Origin: the human T2T-CHM13v2.0 reference genome, Homo sapiens
Reading direction: 5' to 3' (one strand)
Assembly: GCF_009914755.1 (NCBI RefSeq)
Contig: NC_060939.1
DNA length: 64,000 nucleotides
Shown: piece after piece, positions 17,068 to 32,079 of the stretch
How the letters are laid out: each line of letters opens with the position of its first letter
Numbering within the stretch: the first letter of the stretch is position 1
The notes under the pieces: model-generated
Told to the model about the DNA's origin: nothing
Database searches by the model: none
What the model saw: only the letters and a program-made list of their open reading frames with translations
Position numbers and translations under genes: made by a program

Positions 17068-17797
17068 GGTCAACATTGCTAATCATTAGAGAAATGCATA
17101 TCAAAACCATAATAAAATACCATCTCATACCAGTCACAATGGCGATTATTGAAAAGTCAAGAAACAACATATGCTGCCATGGTCTGAAGAAAAAGGAATG
17201 CTTTTACACTGTTTATGGGAGTGTAAATTAGTTCAACCATTGTGGAAGACAATATAGTGATTCCTCAAAGACCTAGAAGCAGAAATGCCGTTCAATCAAG
17301 CAGTCTCATTACTGGGTATATACCCAAAAGAATATAAGTTATTCTTACATTCTTATTCAAATGCCCATCAATAATAGACTGGATAAAGAAAATATGGTAC
17401 ATATACACCACAGAATACTATGCAGCAATGAAAAGGAATGGGATTGTGTCCTTTGCAGAAACATGGATGGAGCTGGAGGCCATTATCCTTAGCAAACTAA
17501 TTCAGGAACAGAAAACAAAATAAGTGTTCTCACTTATAAGTGGGAGCTGAATGATGAGAACACATGGACACATGATAAGAAAAAACACAAACTAGGGCTT
17601 GTCAGAGGATGGGGCTGGGAGGAGGAGGAGCATCAGGAGGAATAGCTAATGCATGCTGGGCTTAATACCTGGTTGATGGGATGATCTGTGCAGCAAACCA
17701 CCATGGCACATGTTTATCTATGTAATAAACATGCACATCCTGCACATGTATCCCTGAACTTAAAATAAACATTGGAAAGAAAAAAGAGAAAAAAAAG
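17068..17797 (+). mobile_element. 3' segment (ORF2 end, 3'UTR, poly(A)) of the same older L1PA
   Basis: CTAATCATTAGAGAAATGCA..., and 3'UTR GGGATGATCTGTGCAGCAAACCACCATGGCAC..CCCTGAACTTAAAATAAA. Confidence 0.85.
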
Positions 17798-17999
17798 AGA
17801 AATTATACATCTTCATAATTGAGATAGAAAGTAAATTATCATTAATCAATGCACCTTAATACAAAAATACTGAATTATAAATAAGAAAAATATACTTACA
17901 AAAATTTGTTATAATAATATAGAAAATGTCTTATTTACAGTATTCACTGTAAATAAAGCTGGAGTTTCTTTCAGATTCAGTACTTAAGCTCCTTGATAA

Positions 18000-18376
<377 letters not shown>

Positions 18377-19589
18377 TATTTTACTATAATTGTCCTGCCA
18401 TTTTAGGAACAACTTTACATTCTGACTTGCCCTTGATTTGTGTGTTTTTCTCTCTAATATATTTCAGCTCAATTAAGAAAGTACCTTCTAAGCTAAATAT
18501 CAACAGGGCTGTCATTAGAGGTGACTAGAAGAGCAAACAAATTAGGACTCAGAGTTTTTGGACAATAGAGAATAAATGTCCCTTGAGCAAGTAATTCCTT
18601 AATACTTAACACAATTTGTTTACCCTAGAAGACACATAAAAAAAATGACAAGTTGATGACTGAACTAAGTTTCTTGGTCTACGAAAGTGAGTGTTCTAGC
18701 TGAGTGGTGAAAGAATTTGTGGAAATATAAAAAGGAGGAAGGAAATTCCAGGGTTGTGGAAACAATTGTCAGGGAAAGTAGAGCGATATCAATCCCTGAA
18801 AATAGTAGTGAATATGGATTTCTTATTTTAGTCTGTTGAAAAGTGAATGGGAATTGAATAAGATGACGATAATGTATGTATCATTCCGTCGAGAATCAGC
18901 TTCTGATGAAAATAGAAGAGAAGGTATTTAGCATATTAAGGGGTATTTATATTGAGAGACAATAAAGGAAGTAAGGAAAACACTAAATATTCTAGCAGAC
19001 ACATTGGAAAGCACTGTAAAAGGATAAATTGATGGAATAGTCTAAACAATTGTAAATAATAAGACTCAGCTAACTAATTGTTATTTTCAAATAGGAGGTC
19101 ATTTATAGTTATTTACTACTCAAAAGGGTCTGGACTTTGAAACAAGACTGTTAAGAGCATCTTTTGTACACCTACTATTGTCTCTCTCTGTACCTTTTAT
19201 TATTCCATAGAGACACATTTATGAACAACTTATTGCACTAAATTTACCATATCTCAGGCTTATTACTGGTAGTGTTGTATGCATATCTCATTATATTATT
19301 TCTTGTAACTTAAAAGAATGTAGATTCATGATTCCGTCTGTCTGAGACATTAGATTTTTAATTGAAAATGATCCATCATTATCTTCAGTGCTATATGAAA
19401 AAAATGTATTGACAAGAGCTATTTGCATGAGAACATCCTAGGTGCTTGAAAGTAAAAGTCAGTGAGATCACTCTAAGTTAATTTAAATGTTTTCTCATCT
19501 CCTTCACACACTGCAAATATCTATATAAATATAATTGCTAACCATTTTTTATATTGAAGTTTGAAAACGTAGAGCAGCATCAGAAAGAT

Positions 19590-19840
19590 GTAGAATAGAT
19601 GGAACAGGTTTGGTTATCACCTCTGCAGTATATGAGCTCTTTAACTGAGGGAAATGTAACCAACCTTTTTGAGCCTATTTTTTTCACATGTAAAATGGGT
19701 TTATAAATATTTTCTTGCAAGTATTTTTTGTGAAGTAGAGAGTACATACATGTAATATACACAGTATGTGTGTGTATTTGTGTATATGCATATGTAATGC
19801 TTAGCCTGGCAAAAATTGGTGTTCGATAAAGCAGTTCTCA
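19590..19840 (+). mobile_element. MIR
   Basis: AACCTTTTTGAGCCTATTTTTTTCACATGTAAAATGGG core and CCTGGCA..GTGTTCGATAAA tail. Confidence 0.55.
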
Positions 19841-22635
19841 TGATTTTTGTTAACCTGAGAAAAGGTAAAAAACAGTATTTCAAATCATAAATGATTCAAT
19901 GAATTACTCCATGTTTGAGGTAAAATTTGACAGATGTCTCAATTTGTATTTCAACTTATATGAAATAATATACTTTGAATTCCTAACAAATTATTTTGAA
20001 ATGCAAATCGCAATTGTTAGCTGACTCCAAATCTAATTTTAAATTTATTTTGCTAAGGTAATTCGACTGCAGATCAATTGTTTTCTTCTAAAGATAACCA
20101 AAATATGTTTTTCTCAGAAAGTCACAAATGATTCATTTTACTCTTGCATAATTTTTTCAGTTGTAATGATGCTGCTTTATTAATAAGATATGATTATTTG
20201 ATAGAGTATCAATTTACTATTAAAGCATTGGGAAATTTGACTTAATTTATAGTTTAGTAGCTCTTTGAATGTTGGCTTCCCAGCCACTGTCTTCCTAATC
20301 ATTGTCTTATTTGACTCTTACTCATCTAGTGCTAGACTAACTTTTTCACACTGTAATGTAAGTAGAAAAAGAAACACTTTAGTATTTGTGGCCACTTATG
20401 TCCTACCCATATTTTATGTCTAAAAAATATCCATACCTCTTTATTTTCATATTGGGATACAATTATCTCCATATGTCATTTTCTCAAGTAATGGTAGGGA
20501 TATATTAATATACTTTTAAACTATTAAATGATAAATATTGTATTATTTCTTTAGAAAATAAATATAAAAAGTCATCTGACTTGAAAACACTCATTTAGAT
20601 CAAGAACACTTTCATCTCTGTACAGGCAATGGCAGAACTGCTATTCCTTACATGCATAAGTTAAACCATAGAGGAGATATAATCAATACAAATAGGAAAG
20701 CAAGATTTGTGTGATCAAGTGGAATTAAGATTGCAGCTAAAGATGGTAAAGTTATGTTTCACGTAGCATCTTCCTCCAAGAACTCATAACTTGAAAAACT
20801 AATCTTTGATGGAGAGTGAGAACGAAAAAAGCACACCAGAAGCAATCAACAAAAAAGGCAATCACCTACATAGGCAGAAATATCCAGGTGTTCCCAAGAT
20901 TTAGATTTTTGCAAACACATGTGGCACTTAGCTAAACCCTGAAGAGAAGTGCTAAAAAGAGGCAAAGGGAGAAAAGAGTGAGTGAGGGCAAGTGGAAGTG
21001 ATAAAAGTGTTCACAAGTAAAAGACAAGCTCCAACTTAGAAAGAAAATTAAGAGTGGATACAAATGAGTAATGATATCACACTCTGGGGTGTAGAGAAAA
21101 AACTTTCCATTCTAGTGAAATTCCCCTCAATAAAAATCTATATAACATCAGATACAGAAATCATTACTGGGGTTAGCTATTTTTGTGAAAATTTGAATTT
21201 AGTTTTTGGTTTTCAGTAAGATGACATTTAGCCAAGCAAATACTAAAGAGATAACTTAAAAAGAGAAATATCTATTAGAAAGCAAGCTTCATATAATTTA
21301 AAAAAAAAGGAGGACACCAACATAAAAATTTAGCCATGAGTAGTAAATTAATATTGTTTTTTTCTGGTAAACTGAAATAAAATGAACATCATAATGAAAA
21401 AGGTATTGTATATGTCTCATAAAGAAGATAGAGTTGAACTACAAAACTATGGGTATAAAAGATTTTTACTTCACATTAAATCTTGGAGGAAAAGGAGAAA
21501 AGGAGGAAGAAGAGTTGACTGGTAAAGTTCATTATAGCTAATAGTAGGGAACCGATATACCGTATCCAAGTTTGGGGGACAGAGATGAGAACATTACATA
21601 CAAAAGTAAGTATAAAAATTTGAGCATTTGAACGAAAGTATAAAACTTAAATAATAAAAAGTGATAGAAAAAAATAAAATAGAAATGACCACAAGAGAAC
21701 TGAAGCCAAACGTATTGATAATATTTAAAAAGTTAGAGAGGCTTACTCACCCTATCCAGAACACTCGAAACAAACCTAAAACAATGAAATCCAGAAAGCC
21801 TAAACATAAAAACGTGACAATGATGAACTATGGAGAAGTAGGAAGAGAGTGAAGAATAAAATATTAGTGTCTAGCATGATTACTTTCAGAATAAAATCAT
21901 AATAGATTCTAGTTCACTTTATAATATTAAAAGCTTTAATACTCAAAGAAAACACCAGATATTAATGTCTATAGCCTCAATAATGCAGCAAAAATCTTCA
22001 TGAGGAAGAAAATACAGAGCTTCAAGAAAAAATAAAAATAAGTTTGTAAGAGAAAATAAAACTAAAAAATGCTTTAGAGAAAAATACACTAAAATGAAGA
22101 ATCTAAAACACAGATTCTCAATCCAGGACAAATAAAATCAACAAAAATTAGTAAAGATATAGAAAATGAAAAGAGCATGATTAAGAAGGTAATAAACACA
22201 CACACAGTCTTTTCAAATAAAAATAGAATATTCACAAAATTTGTTGTAGTTGACTACAAGGAAAAACTTGACACATTACAAGAAAATGAATAATACAAAT
22301 GTATTAATCAGAAATCACATATAAGTAGAAATTAATGACAAAATTTAAAAAATACTTTGCATTTAATAGTATTAAAATATTTTAAATACTGTGATCAAAC
22401 AGGAAATATAAAAGAAACATATACAATCTCAAAAAATACAATAAAACCTATTGTCTAGATTTATCATATATTGGAGGAATTTTTTATCATTAAAATCAGT
22501 ATCAACTTCAGCTGATAAACAACTTCAGCAATGTTGCAGGCTATAAAATCAATATACAAAAAGCACTAGCATTTGTATACACCAACAACAACTAAACTGA
22601 GAGCTAAATCAAAAAGGAAATCCCATTCACAATTG

Positions 22636-22636
<1 letters not shown>

Positions 22637-22673
<37 letters not shown>
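22637..22673. repeat. (CA)~18 microsatellite
   Basis: Direct reading. Confidence 0.95.
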
Positions 22674-22675
<2 letters not shown>

Positions 22676-23636
22676 CCCAGGAATACAGCTAACCAGGAAG
22701 GTGAAAGATCTCTACAATGAGAATTACAAAACACTGCTCAAAGAAATCAGAGAAGACACAAACAAATGGAAAAACATCCCATGCTCATTAATAGGAAAAA
22801 TCAATGTCATTAAAATGGCTATACTGCCCAAAGTGATTTACAGATTCAATGCTATTCCTATCAAACCACCAATGATATTCTTCACAAAACTAGAAAAAAT
22901 ATTTTAAAATTTATATGGAACCAAAAAAGAGCCCAAATACCCATGGCATTGGCTTAGGCAGTGATTTATTCGATATGACCACAAAGGCACAGGCAACAAA
23001 AACAAAAATAGACAAATGGGATTACATCAAACTAAACAGCATCAGCACAGCAAAGGAAAAAAATCAGTAGAATGAAGAGACAACCCATAGATTGGGAAAA
23101 AAAAATTACATATAACCCATCTCATGAGGAGTTAATATCTAAAATATATAAGAGACTCAAATTACTCAATAACAAGAAAGCAAATAACCCTATTTAAAAA
23201 TAAACAAAGTACATGAATAGACAGTTCTCAAGAAAAGACATACAAATGGCAAATAGATATATAAAAAATGCTTAAGTACAAAAATTATCAGGGAAATGCA
23301 ATTTATAAAAACAATAATGACACCTGTTAGAATGCCTATTACCAAAAAGATGAAAGATGGCAAGTGTTGGCAAGGATGTGAAGCAAAGGGAACCCTTGCA
23401 CTCTGTTGATGAGAATATAAGTCATTACAGCCATTTTGGAAAACATTATGAAGATTTCTCAAACAAATAGAAATGAATTACCATATAATCCAGCAATCCC
23501 ACTTCTGGGTATATATCCCAACAAAATGAAATCAGTATGCTGAAGAGTTATGTGCACTCCCATGTCCATTGCAGCATTATTCACAATAGCCAAGATACAG
23601 AAACAACCTAAGTGTTCAATATGGATGAAGGGGTAA

Positions 23637-23638
<2 letters not shown>

Positions 23639-23671
<33 letters not shown>
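23639..23671. repeat. (AC)~16 microsatellite
   Basis: Direct reading. Confidence 0.95.
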
Positions 23672-23673
<2 letters not shown>

Positions 23674-26600
23674 GGAACATTATTCAGCCCAAAAAGGACA
23701 GGAAATTCTGTCATTTGCATCAACATAAATGAATCTAGAGGACATTACACTAAGTAAAATAAGACAGGCACAGAAAGACAAATACCACATGGTCTCACTT
23801 GTATCTGGAATATAAAAAAGTTGAACTCATAGAAGTTGAGAGTAGAATGATGGTTACCAGGGGTGGGGGGAGTGGGGTGAAAAGCAAAGGGGAGACATTG
23901 GTAAATGGGTGCAAAGTTTTAGTTAGACTGGAGGAATAAGTACTGCTGATCGATTGCACAGCATGGTGACTGTAGTTAATAATAATGTATATTTGAAAAT
24001 GTGAAGGGAATAGATTTTAAGTTTTCTCACCACAAATGAGTATGTGAGGTGATAGACATGTTAATTAGCTTGATTTGATCATTCCACAATGTACACATGT
24101 ATATAGACATCACAGTGTATGTGATGTACACAATCATTTTTACTTATTGTCAATTAAATATAAAATTCTAAAAAATGAAATAAATCATATAACCATCTTA
24201 AGAAAATCTGAAAAAGCCTTAAACAGACAATTCCTGTAAAAAGCACTTAAATACTTCCTTGACACAGTAGATGTAGACGTAGATGTAGATTAGATAGAGA
24301 TGTAACCCTCCAGCAAACAAGAGTTCTGATTTAATTGTAACACACCAGCAGCTTCTTTATTACTTTTTCTGTTATTTTCCTTTGTCTGGAACTAGACAAG
24401 GAAGGCCACCATCTCTATGACAATTCAACGCCATTGTAGAGAAGTTAGCCGATGTGATTAGGCACCAGAAATGGAGTATAAAAATTGGAAAGGAAGAAGT
24501 AATGTCACCTTTGATGTAAATGGTATAAACATGCACATAAATGTGCCAATAAAACTCAACAAAATTGGCAGATTTATGGGAAAAAATAAGGGAATCTAGT
24601 AAATTCACTAGAGATGTAAATAATATTCAAAAGATCAGTATCTTTTTATGCACATTCAAAAAATAAATACATAAGGAAAGAAAATGACCCACTTAAGATA
24701 GAATAGAGATAAATAAAAGAACCACATATAAATTTAACAAGAAACAGCTTTAACAACCAAAAATCTTAAAAATATTCCTGAAAAAAAGGTGGTCTTGAAC
24801 AAATGTCAACACATATCAAGAAAAACTCAACATATTAAATGTAATTTTTCCTAAATTAATTTAAAATTGTTAGAATTTCAATTAAAATACCATGCATTTT
24901 TATGGAAAAAAAGTAAAACAATGTATAGACAAATTGATTACAGAATACATTTGGAAGTACAAATAAGTGCTTTCTATATTCAATTGAAATTGGAGTGTGT
25001 TAATTCTAAGAAGACTATAAAAGTTTAGTTTGTAAATTTTAATCCCCAGGACAACAAATTAGTGTGAAAAGACTAGTGTAAATAAATGAATAAATAATCT
25101 TGAAACTAGATAAATTATAGTGAAATGCTTTGTACACATGTTTAAATAACCCAAACAGAAGGCAGAAAAAGGAAGGGAAAAAAGAGAGATAAAAAGCAGA
25201 GGGAACTAACAGAAGGTAAATAAGAAAAAATAGACTGAAATCCAAATATATCATTCATTACATTAAATGTAAGTGGTCTTAAAACACTAATGAAAGAGAC
25301 TAGATTTGGATAATGTATTAAAAGGTAATAAACCAACGCCATCTAAAGTAAACCCACTTTAAGAACAATGATATAGATAGGCTACAGTTAGAAACATGGA
25401 AAAAAGTTATACCATGCAAAAACAAATCAGTAGTAAGCTGGAGACAAAACAGAGGTTAGAACAAAGAAAACTAACAAAACAAAAAGAGATAGTATATAAA
25501 GATAAAATGATCAATTCACCTAAAAGACACAACAATCTCAAATGGGGATATGTCTAACGAAGTGTTTTATAAATGGAAAAATCTGACAGAAGAGAAAGAA
25601 GAAACATACAGATTCACAATAGAGAACTTCAACATTTATCTGTAAATGATAAATGGATAGAAAACCGCAAGAATTTAGAACAACATTATCAAGCAATTGG
25701 ATCTAATGGATGTTTATAGAACATTCTACTCAAACACATGAATGGCATATTTTTTTCAAGTATATGGGGAACATTCACCAAAACAGACATATTGTAAAGG
25801 AAACTTTAACAAATTTGAGTGATTCAAATTAATGTAATATATTATTTATGTACATAGTGTAATTAAACTAGAAATCAAGAGAGACGGGAAATATCCAAAT
25901 TCTTAGGTATTAAATAGCACATTTCTAAATAATCTAATAAATCCACAATAAAACACAAATACATAGAAAGATACTCAGTATTGTACAGGTGTTCTTGCCA
26001 TTATTATAAGGCAAATCTATTAATGAAACAATCAATACATCCATCAGAGCAAACATTAATGTCATTCTACCAAGAAAGGAAGATGTAAAACTGTTTTTAT
26101 TCCCTGAGGACATCATTTTGTAGAATATCCTAACAAATCTGCATTAAAAACTACTAGAACTAATAAAGAAGTTTAGCAAGGTTGTAAGATGTAAGATCAA
26201 TAAATTGTATTTTTATGTACTAACAACAAATAATTAAATATGAAATTATGAAAATAATTTATTTTATAATATAATATAGAATACTTAGGAATACATTTAA
26301 TAAAATAACTTCAAGACATATTCAACTAAAACTACAAAGTATTGGTGAGATAATTGTTCCAAATAAATGAAGGCCATTCCATTTTCATTGATTGGAAGAC
26401 TCAATATTATAAAGACGGCAATTCACCCCAAAATTGATCTATAGATTCAATTCAATGTCAAAATCCAAGCAGAATTTTTTTGTTGTTAAATTTCATAAAC
26501 TCACCTAAAATTTACCTGAAGATGTAAAGGCCTTTAAGTAGCCAGAAAAACTCGGGAAAAAAAGTAATGCTAGAGGACTTACATTACTTGATTTTAAAAC

Positions 26601-29343
26601 TCACTATAAAGTTACAGTAATCAGTAGGGTATGGTATTGGTATAACTATAAGTATCTGGATCAATAGAAAAAATTGAATATCAATCCAGAAATAAACTTT
26701 TCCATTTATGATAAATTAATTTTCAAAACAAAGTTAAGATATTTGCTGTGGAAAGGATAATGTTTGCAAAAAATTGTGCAAGGACATTGGATATCAGTTT
26801 TAAGTTGAGGTACATTTTTTATTGTCAACCCAAAACTTCAAAATGGTGTTTTATTAATCTAAAAGGTATAAGAATAGGCATACCTGACTCCCAAACTAGA
26901 AATGTGGCTAATCAACCTCACAGGCATGAAATAAAGATGGCTGTGTGAGCACTTGTACTTCATCAATGACAACAGTGTTAATTCCCAGTGCCTTTACTCT
27001 TAGAAACATCTGTTAGATTTTGGCCAGTGATACAAACTGACAGAGGAAAATTATGCATAGTACTGTAGCTGGACTCCTGACAAGATCCGGATTAGCAATA
27101 TGCTGCAACAATTTTTGTAAGTATACATGGAAATACATGTATCCCTCATGCACAAGCACACAGAGACATACATGCAGTAGTTTGAATCAGATAGCTATGT
27201 GTATTGATTCAATTTATCTCATTTATTAGCTGTAATTTACAATGAACTGATAGGAAATACAATCCTTCCCATTGTTGTGAATTTTAAATTAGTTGATACA
27301 TGTCAACCACTTCCCACAATCAACATGTGAACAAGCATGTTTGGATATGCACACTCACACATGCACACAGGCACAATCCTAAACAGCATACCCTTTTCTA
27401 GGGAAGAAAAATAAAGTATTTTCCATTTAAAAGGTAAGAGGGGCTATCTGTGTTATATTTCAAGAATTCAAGGTCTATTGTTGGTGTCTGTCATTGACAG
27501 GCAATAAATCAGAAAAATAACAACCATGACAACCTCATTTGTAATTAGGACAATCAAATTTTCACTTTCATGAATATGGTTAGAGGCTGATGCACAGTAA
27601 GATTAACTCCTCCTTGATGCTTCCCACCCCAAGGAAGTCGGGATAAAACCTCCTTAATCTTGAAATCATGTGTATTTATATGATTCATACTCTGTTCTGG
27701 ATTTCCAACCCAGAAATGGGTCACCACAGAGTGTGTGAATATAAGATTGTGGCAGTAATTGTCATGATCAGGAAATTCATGCTTCAGTGATACTTTCATA
27801 TATCATACTCTTAATGAAATTGTAGAAATACATAGGAATTCATTTACACAGTCATTCAGGTTTCATTAAGACTAAAGATATTCAGTTTTAAAGTTGTGTA
27901 AAGTTTTTAGGACAAAGGCCTAGAACCCAGACTTTCTAGATAGGAAAACAAATCTAAATAACCAATTGGGATGAAAAAATTACTTACTTGCAATGTTGTG
28001 AGGCTCCACAAAAATTATGCTTTCTACAGCCATGTGCAGATTATGTGGTAGAGGATGTTTCAAGTTTATATCTGTTTATTAATCTAATTTGATAACTTCA
28101 ATTTTCTTAATAGACTTATTTTTAATCTTTTAAAAATAACACGGTTTAGAAAATTTTGCACAGGAAATACAAAAAAGCTAATTTTGTGTTGGGCCCAAAT
28201 GAATATCTGGGAGTCATTATACTAGAGAGCAGAGAATGTTGGGTGAAGTAACTGGGAAAATTACATTAAAAAAAATAGCCAACCAACCACTGAAATTCAT
28301 ATCTGTGGTTAATATTTAAAAAGATCTTACCCTTTGGATATCATAACACATACACATATAATTTTCATAGATTTGACAAGGACTATACTGTAGTATTCCT
28401 CAACTAACATTCACAAATCAATGGTTATGCTATGTTACTTTATCATTTTTACAGTGCTTTAACATATCGCACTATGTTTTACACATTTTATCGATATGGT
28501 AAGTGAAGTTCGTGGAATTAGGGGAAAGAATTCCATTGCCAGAGCGTAAAGAAGCTTGTCTCAAATCCAGCTTCCCTAATTCTTTTTACTATGCCTATGG
28601 TGCTTCATGCAGCTATTAGTATGAAAAGAAGATTTATTGACAAGCATTAAAATTATTAATGGTCATAGAAATAGTACCATCAACATCCTAAAAACAGTAG
28701 CGTAAGCCTTGGAATAGCTGTTCTCCTGTTCTCCTGTTAACACTAGCCACATTATCACAAGTGTATTTCTAAATATTATAAATTATGAATTTGTCTACAG
28801 CTTCCTTCTGGAGGAAATAACCTCAACATGTGCACTGAGAGGAAACCATAAATCAGTCACTGCAGCAAATGATTGTTTTCTACTTTCTAATCAACACTAC
28901 CTAAATATCCACCCTCATTTTTCTTATACTATAATTGTACAGAATCATTACTCTTTTTTTAATTCTTAGCCCGTTGAAAGATTTATATTTTCTTGCCATA
29001 CACCTTGATACTGATATTATTTCCCAGGAAAAATGATATTTTAGCATGGCTATAATGCTCTGCATGGCACTAATATTACAGAGTCTATCTGTAAAATGCC
29101 TATGTGATAAACAGGATAATTCCATTTAAATAAGAATAGTGTGGGAGACATAAACCAGGGGATAGATTCGACGAGACATCTTACTCTTCTGCGAGGACTG
29201 TAGATAACACCTTATGCCTGGTAACTTATGGAAGAAAAGCACTTAAATATTACTAAGGCTGAGAAATAAGGAAGGGGCTCATTGAACATTGATCATGGAC
29301 CAGTACCTATCTCATACACTTTGCTTATATGTTATAATGTTTA

Positions 29344-29853
29344 TGAAACTGGCCCAATTGTCCTATAGAACTGATGTTTATGGTTTCTTTTGAAAAAATA
29401 AAAATAAAAAGTTGACCCTCCCAGTATTAAAACTGAAGAAACTTACACTTTTCTTATCTGAGTTCCTTTCTCAGGAAACCAACTATCAGCCCTCCAAGAT
29501 AGTTTCAAGGAACTGCAACTCACCAGATAACTGCACCTGGACAATGAGATGCCAGACCCAGACCCCTTGCCAATTATGGTTGCCTAAGTAACCTGCTGCT
29601 GCCTGTTGACCACCTTCTCTTCTTAATCCTCTCCTAATTCCTATTTTTCCATACTTAGTTACATTTCTTCCCTTATTTTTCTACCTCTAATTTTAGTCCA
29701 TTGAGAAGATGGATTTTTGAGTGATGTCCCATTCTCCTTGGCTGCAGCATCCAAATAAAGCCCCTTTCCCTGGCAATACTCATTGTTTCAGTGACTGGCT
29801 TTCTGTGAAGCAAGCAACAGGACCTAGACTGAACTCTTGATGTTTCAGTAACA
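29344..29853 (+). mobile_element. ERV1-class solo LTR (MER39/MER34 group)
   Basis: TG...CA termini, 4-bp TSD TTTA on both sides, AATAAA at ~29,754; inserted into MIR-like sequence. Family name from memory. Confidence 0.8.
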
Positions 29854-31311
29854 TTTAGTTACACTCCTAGAAAATATGGTATGTAAGTTATATAGATTGT
29901 AAAATAGAAAGATAGAATCTGGACTGGGATTTACATAATTATGGTATTATTGTTATTTTACAAAAACCATGTAAAGTAACAGACTAGAATAGAACAAAAC
30001 CCACAGATTTATCATTTCATAAAGGTAGAACCTGAGACCAAGTGAGTTTGAATGACTTACCCGATGTCATACAAGCAAGCAGAGGAGAAATATAGACTCC
30101 TATCCCTGGATGATTTAAATTATGGTCTAGCTGGCTTGATGTAATGGGCTTCAAGTGTTTCATTCATACAGATTACACCCTAGTTTATGCAAAAAATAGG
30201 ACTGATAAGCTACTTTAGGCTATAGTCTAAACTTTAGACAAGTACATTCAATCAGGAAATATTTAGAGTACCTCTATTGGCAAGACATTGAGTGCTGAGG
30301 ATAAATAGGTGAATTACAACAGCAAAATCTAATTTCTGTCCTCATTGAACTTCAACTCTAGTTGAACTCTCTTGCCCACTCCTGTAAGAGTGCATGAAAT
30401 TGCTCCATACAAGACATTTTCCGTGGGTTTGAAGAGGCTGCTGCTCAAGCGATCCAGGCTGAAAATATTCCAGAACATCTTCCCCATACTCACTTCTCCA
30501 CGTGCAGTAAATAACACCAACATTAGCTAATTTTTACTGGACTTGTGTAAGTGCTCTGCTCTTGTGCTTTAGATGTACTGACACATTAAATTGCCAGAGC
30601 TTCCTGTTTTTTTTACATTTCAGTAATCAGAGGCACAAAGGGTTTGAATAATGACCCTAAACTGCCAACCTCTGGAAGTTGTGGAACCAGGCAATCCAAA
30701 GCCTTCTGGCTCCAGCATCACCCTTGTGGCCACTAAGTGGTGTCACCAGCAGCTGCTCTGGGCTGCTCCTAATGTCTTATCCTGAACACAACTTGAACAG
30801 CCTGGAGTGCCCTTTCTGTGCTGTGTCCACATGTGTGAACCTTTCCCTTCATACAAGGCCAATGTCAGCTCTAACACCCCCAAGAAATACCATCACAGTT
30901 CTCAACACACATTTGGTGCTTATGCCTTATTACATTCTTCATCAGCATGCAAAATGATTATCTCTGCCATAGTGCATTTATTTCACTTTGACTGTGTACG
31001 ATGGCCTTTAGCAGATCATTTAGTGTTCATGGTGCCCCTGCAAAGTGTATGTTATGGTCTCCATTAAACAGATAAAAACATTCAGTACAGTTTTGTGATT
31101 TGCCCAAGGTCACAAATGTGTTGGGCTAGGAATCAGAGCCATGCAATCTCTAAACTCAAAGAATTTTCATTACTAAACTTCCAAGAAGTACATTCAATCA
31201 GGAAATATTATGGTTATACTTCTTCTGACATTGAGAGATCCTGCCCATGACTTCACCATTGGCACCAGCAGAAAAGGAGGAAACAAACAAAAAAGCCTAT
31301 ATTACGGTATC

Positions 31312-32079
31312 TATACTGGTTTTCTATTGCTGCTGTAGCAAATTACCACAAATTTGGGTATAACAACACAAATTGGGCCAGGAGCAGTGGCTCACGCCTG
31401 TAATTCCAGCACTTTGGGAGACTGAGGCGGGCGGATTATGAGGTCAGGAGATCAAGACCATCCTGGCCAACATGGTGAAACCCTGTCTCTAGTAAAAATA
31501 CAAAAATTAGCCTGTAGGCCCAGCTATTTGGGAGGCTGAGGCAGGAGAATCAGTTGAACCTGGGAGGTAGAGGTTGCAGTGAGATGAGATCACGGGCCAC
31601 TGTACTCCAGCCTGGTGACACAGTGAGACTGTCTCAAAAAAATAATTAATTATCTCAACAATTCTAGAGAGCAGAAGCCTGAAACAGATCTCACTGGGCT
31701 AAAATCAAGATGTTAGAAGGGCAGCATTGCTTTTGCAAAACAAACAAAATGTTTCCTTGTCTTTTGCAGCTCCTAGAAGGTGCCCTCATTCCTTGGCTCC
31801 TGCCCCTCTTCCATTTTCTAAGCCAGTAACAGCCAGTAGGGCCTTTTGCATGCTGCATCATCACACTCTCTCATGTCTTTCTTTTACTTATAAAACCCTT
31901 GAGATTACATTGGGTTCATACATAATCAGAGACAATATCGCCATTTCAGGGTCATCTGAAGAGAAACCTTAATTCCACCTGCATTATTATTTCCCCCTTG
32001 CCATGCAAACTAGCATGTTTACAGATTCTGGAGATTAGGATATAGACATACTGAGGAGGCATTATTCTGTCTACCACAG
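31312..32079 (-). mobile_element. MLT1 (C/D-like) MaLR LTR split by an Alu
   Basis: TATTGCTGCTGTAGCAAATTACCACAAA...GGGCTAAAATCAAG...ATTATTCTGTCTACCACA. Confidence 0.8.
31376..31643 (+). mobile_element. AluS (Sc-like) with a ~19-bp deletion at the start of the right arm
   Basis: GAGGTCAGGAGATCAAGACCATCCTGGCCAAC; AAAATTAG is joined directly to CCTGTAG. Confidence 0.88.

Larger units (their letters stand above)
22505..24172 (+). mobile_element. L1PB/L1MA-type ORF2 3' region and 3'UTR, with an internal gap at ~22,945
   Basis: ORF 22701-22907 ([28 protein letters not shown]) and an L1MA-type 3'UTR (TGTGAGGTGATAGACATGTTAATTAGCTTGATTT). Confidence 0.8.
20720..26810 (+). mobile_element. Mosaic of ancient L1M fragments
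   Basis: Strongly A-rich with degenerate ORF2 motifs (ACATTAAATGTAAGTGGTCT, AATTAAACTAGAAATCAA, GGAAGACTCAATATT); boundaries approximate. Confidence 0.6.
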
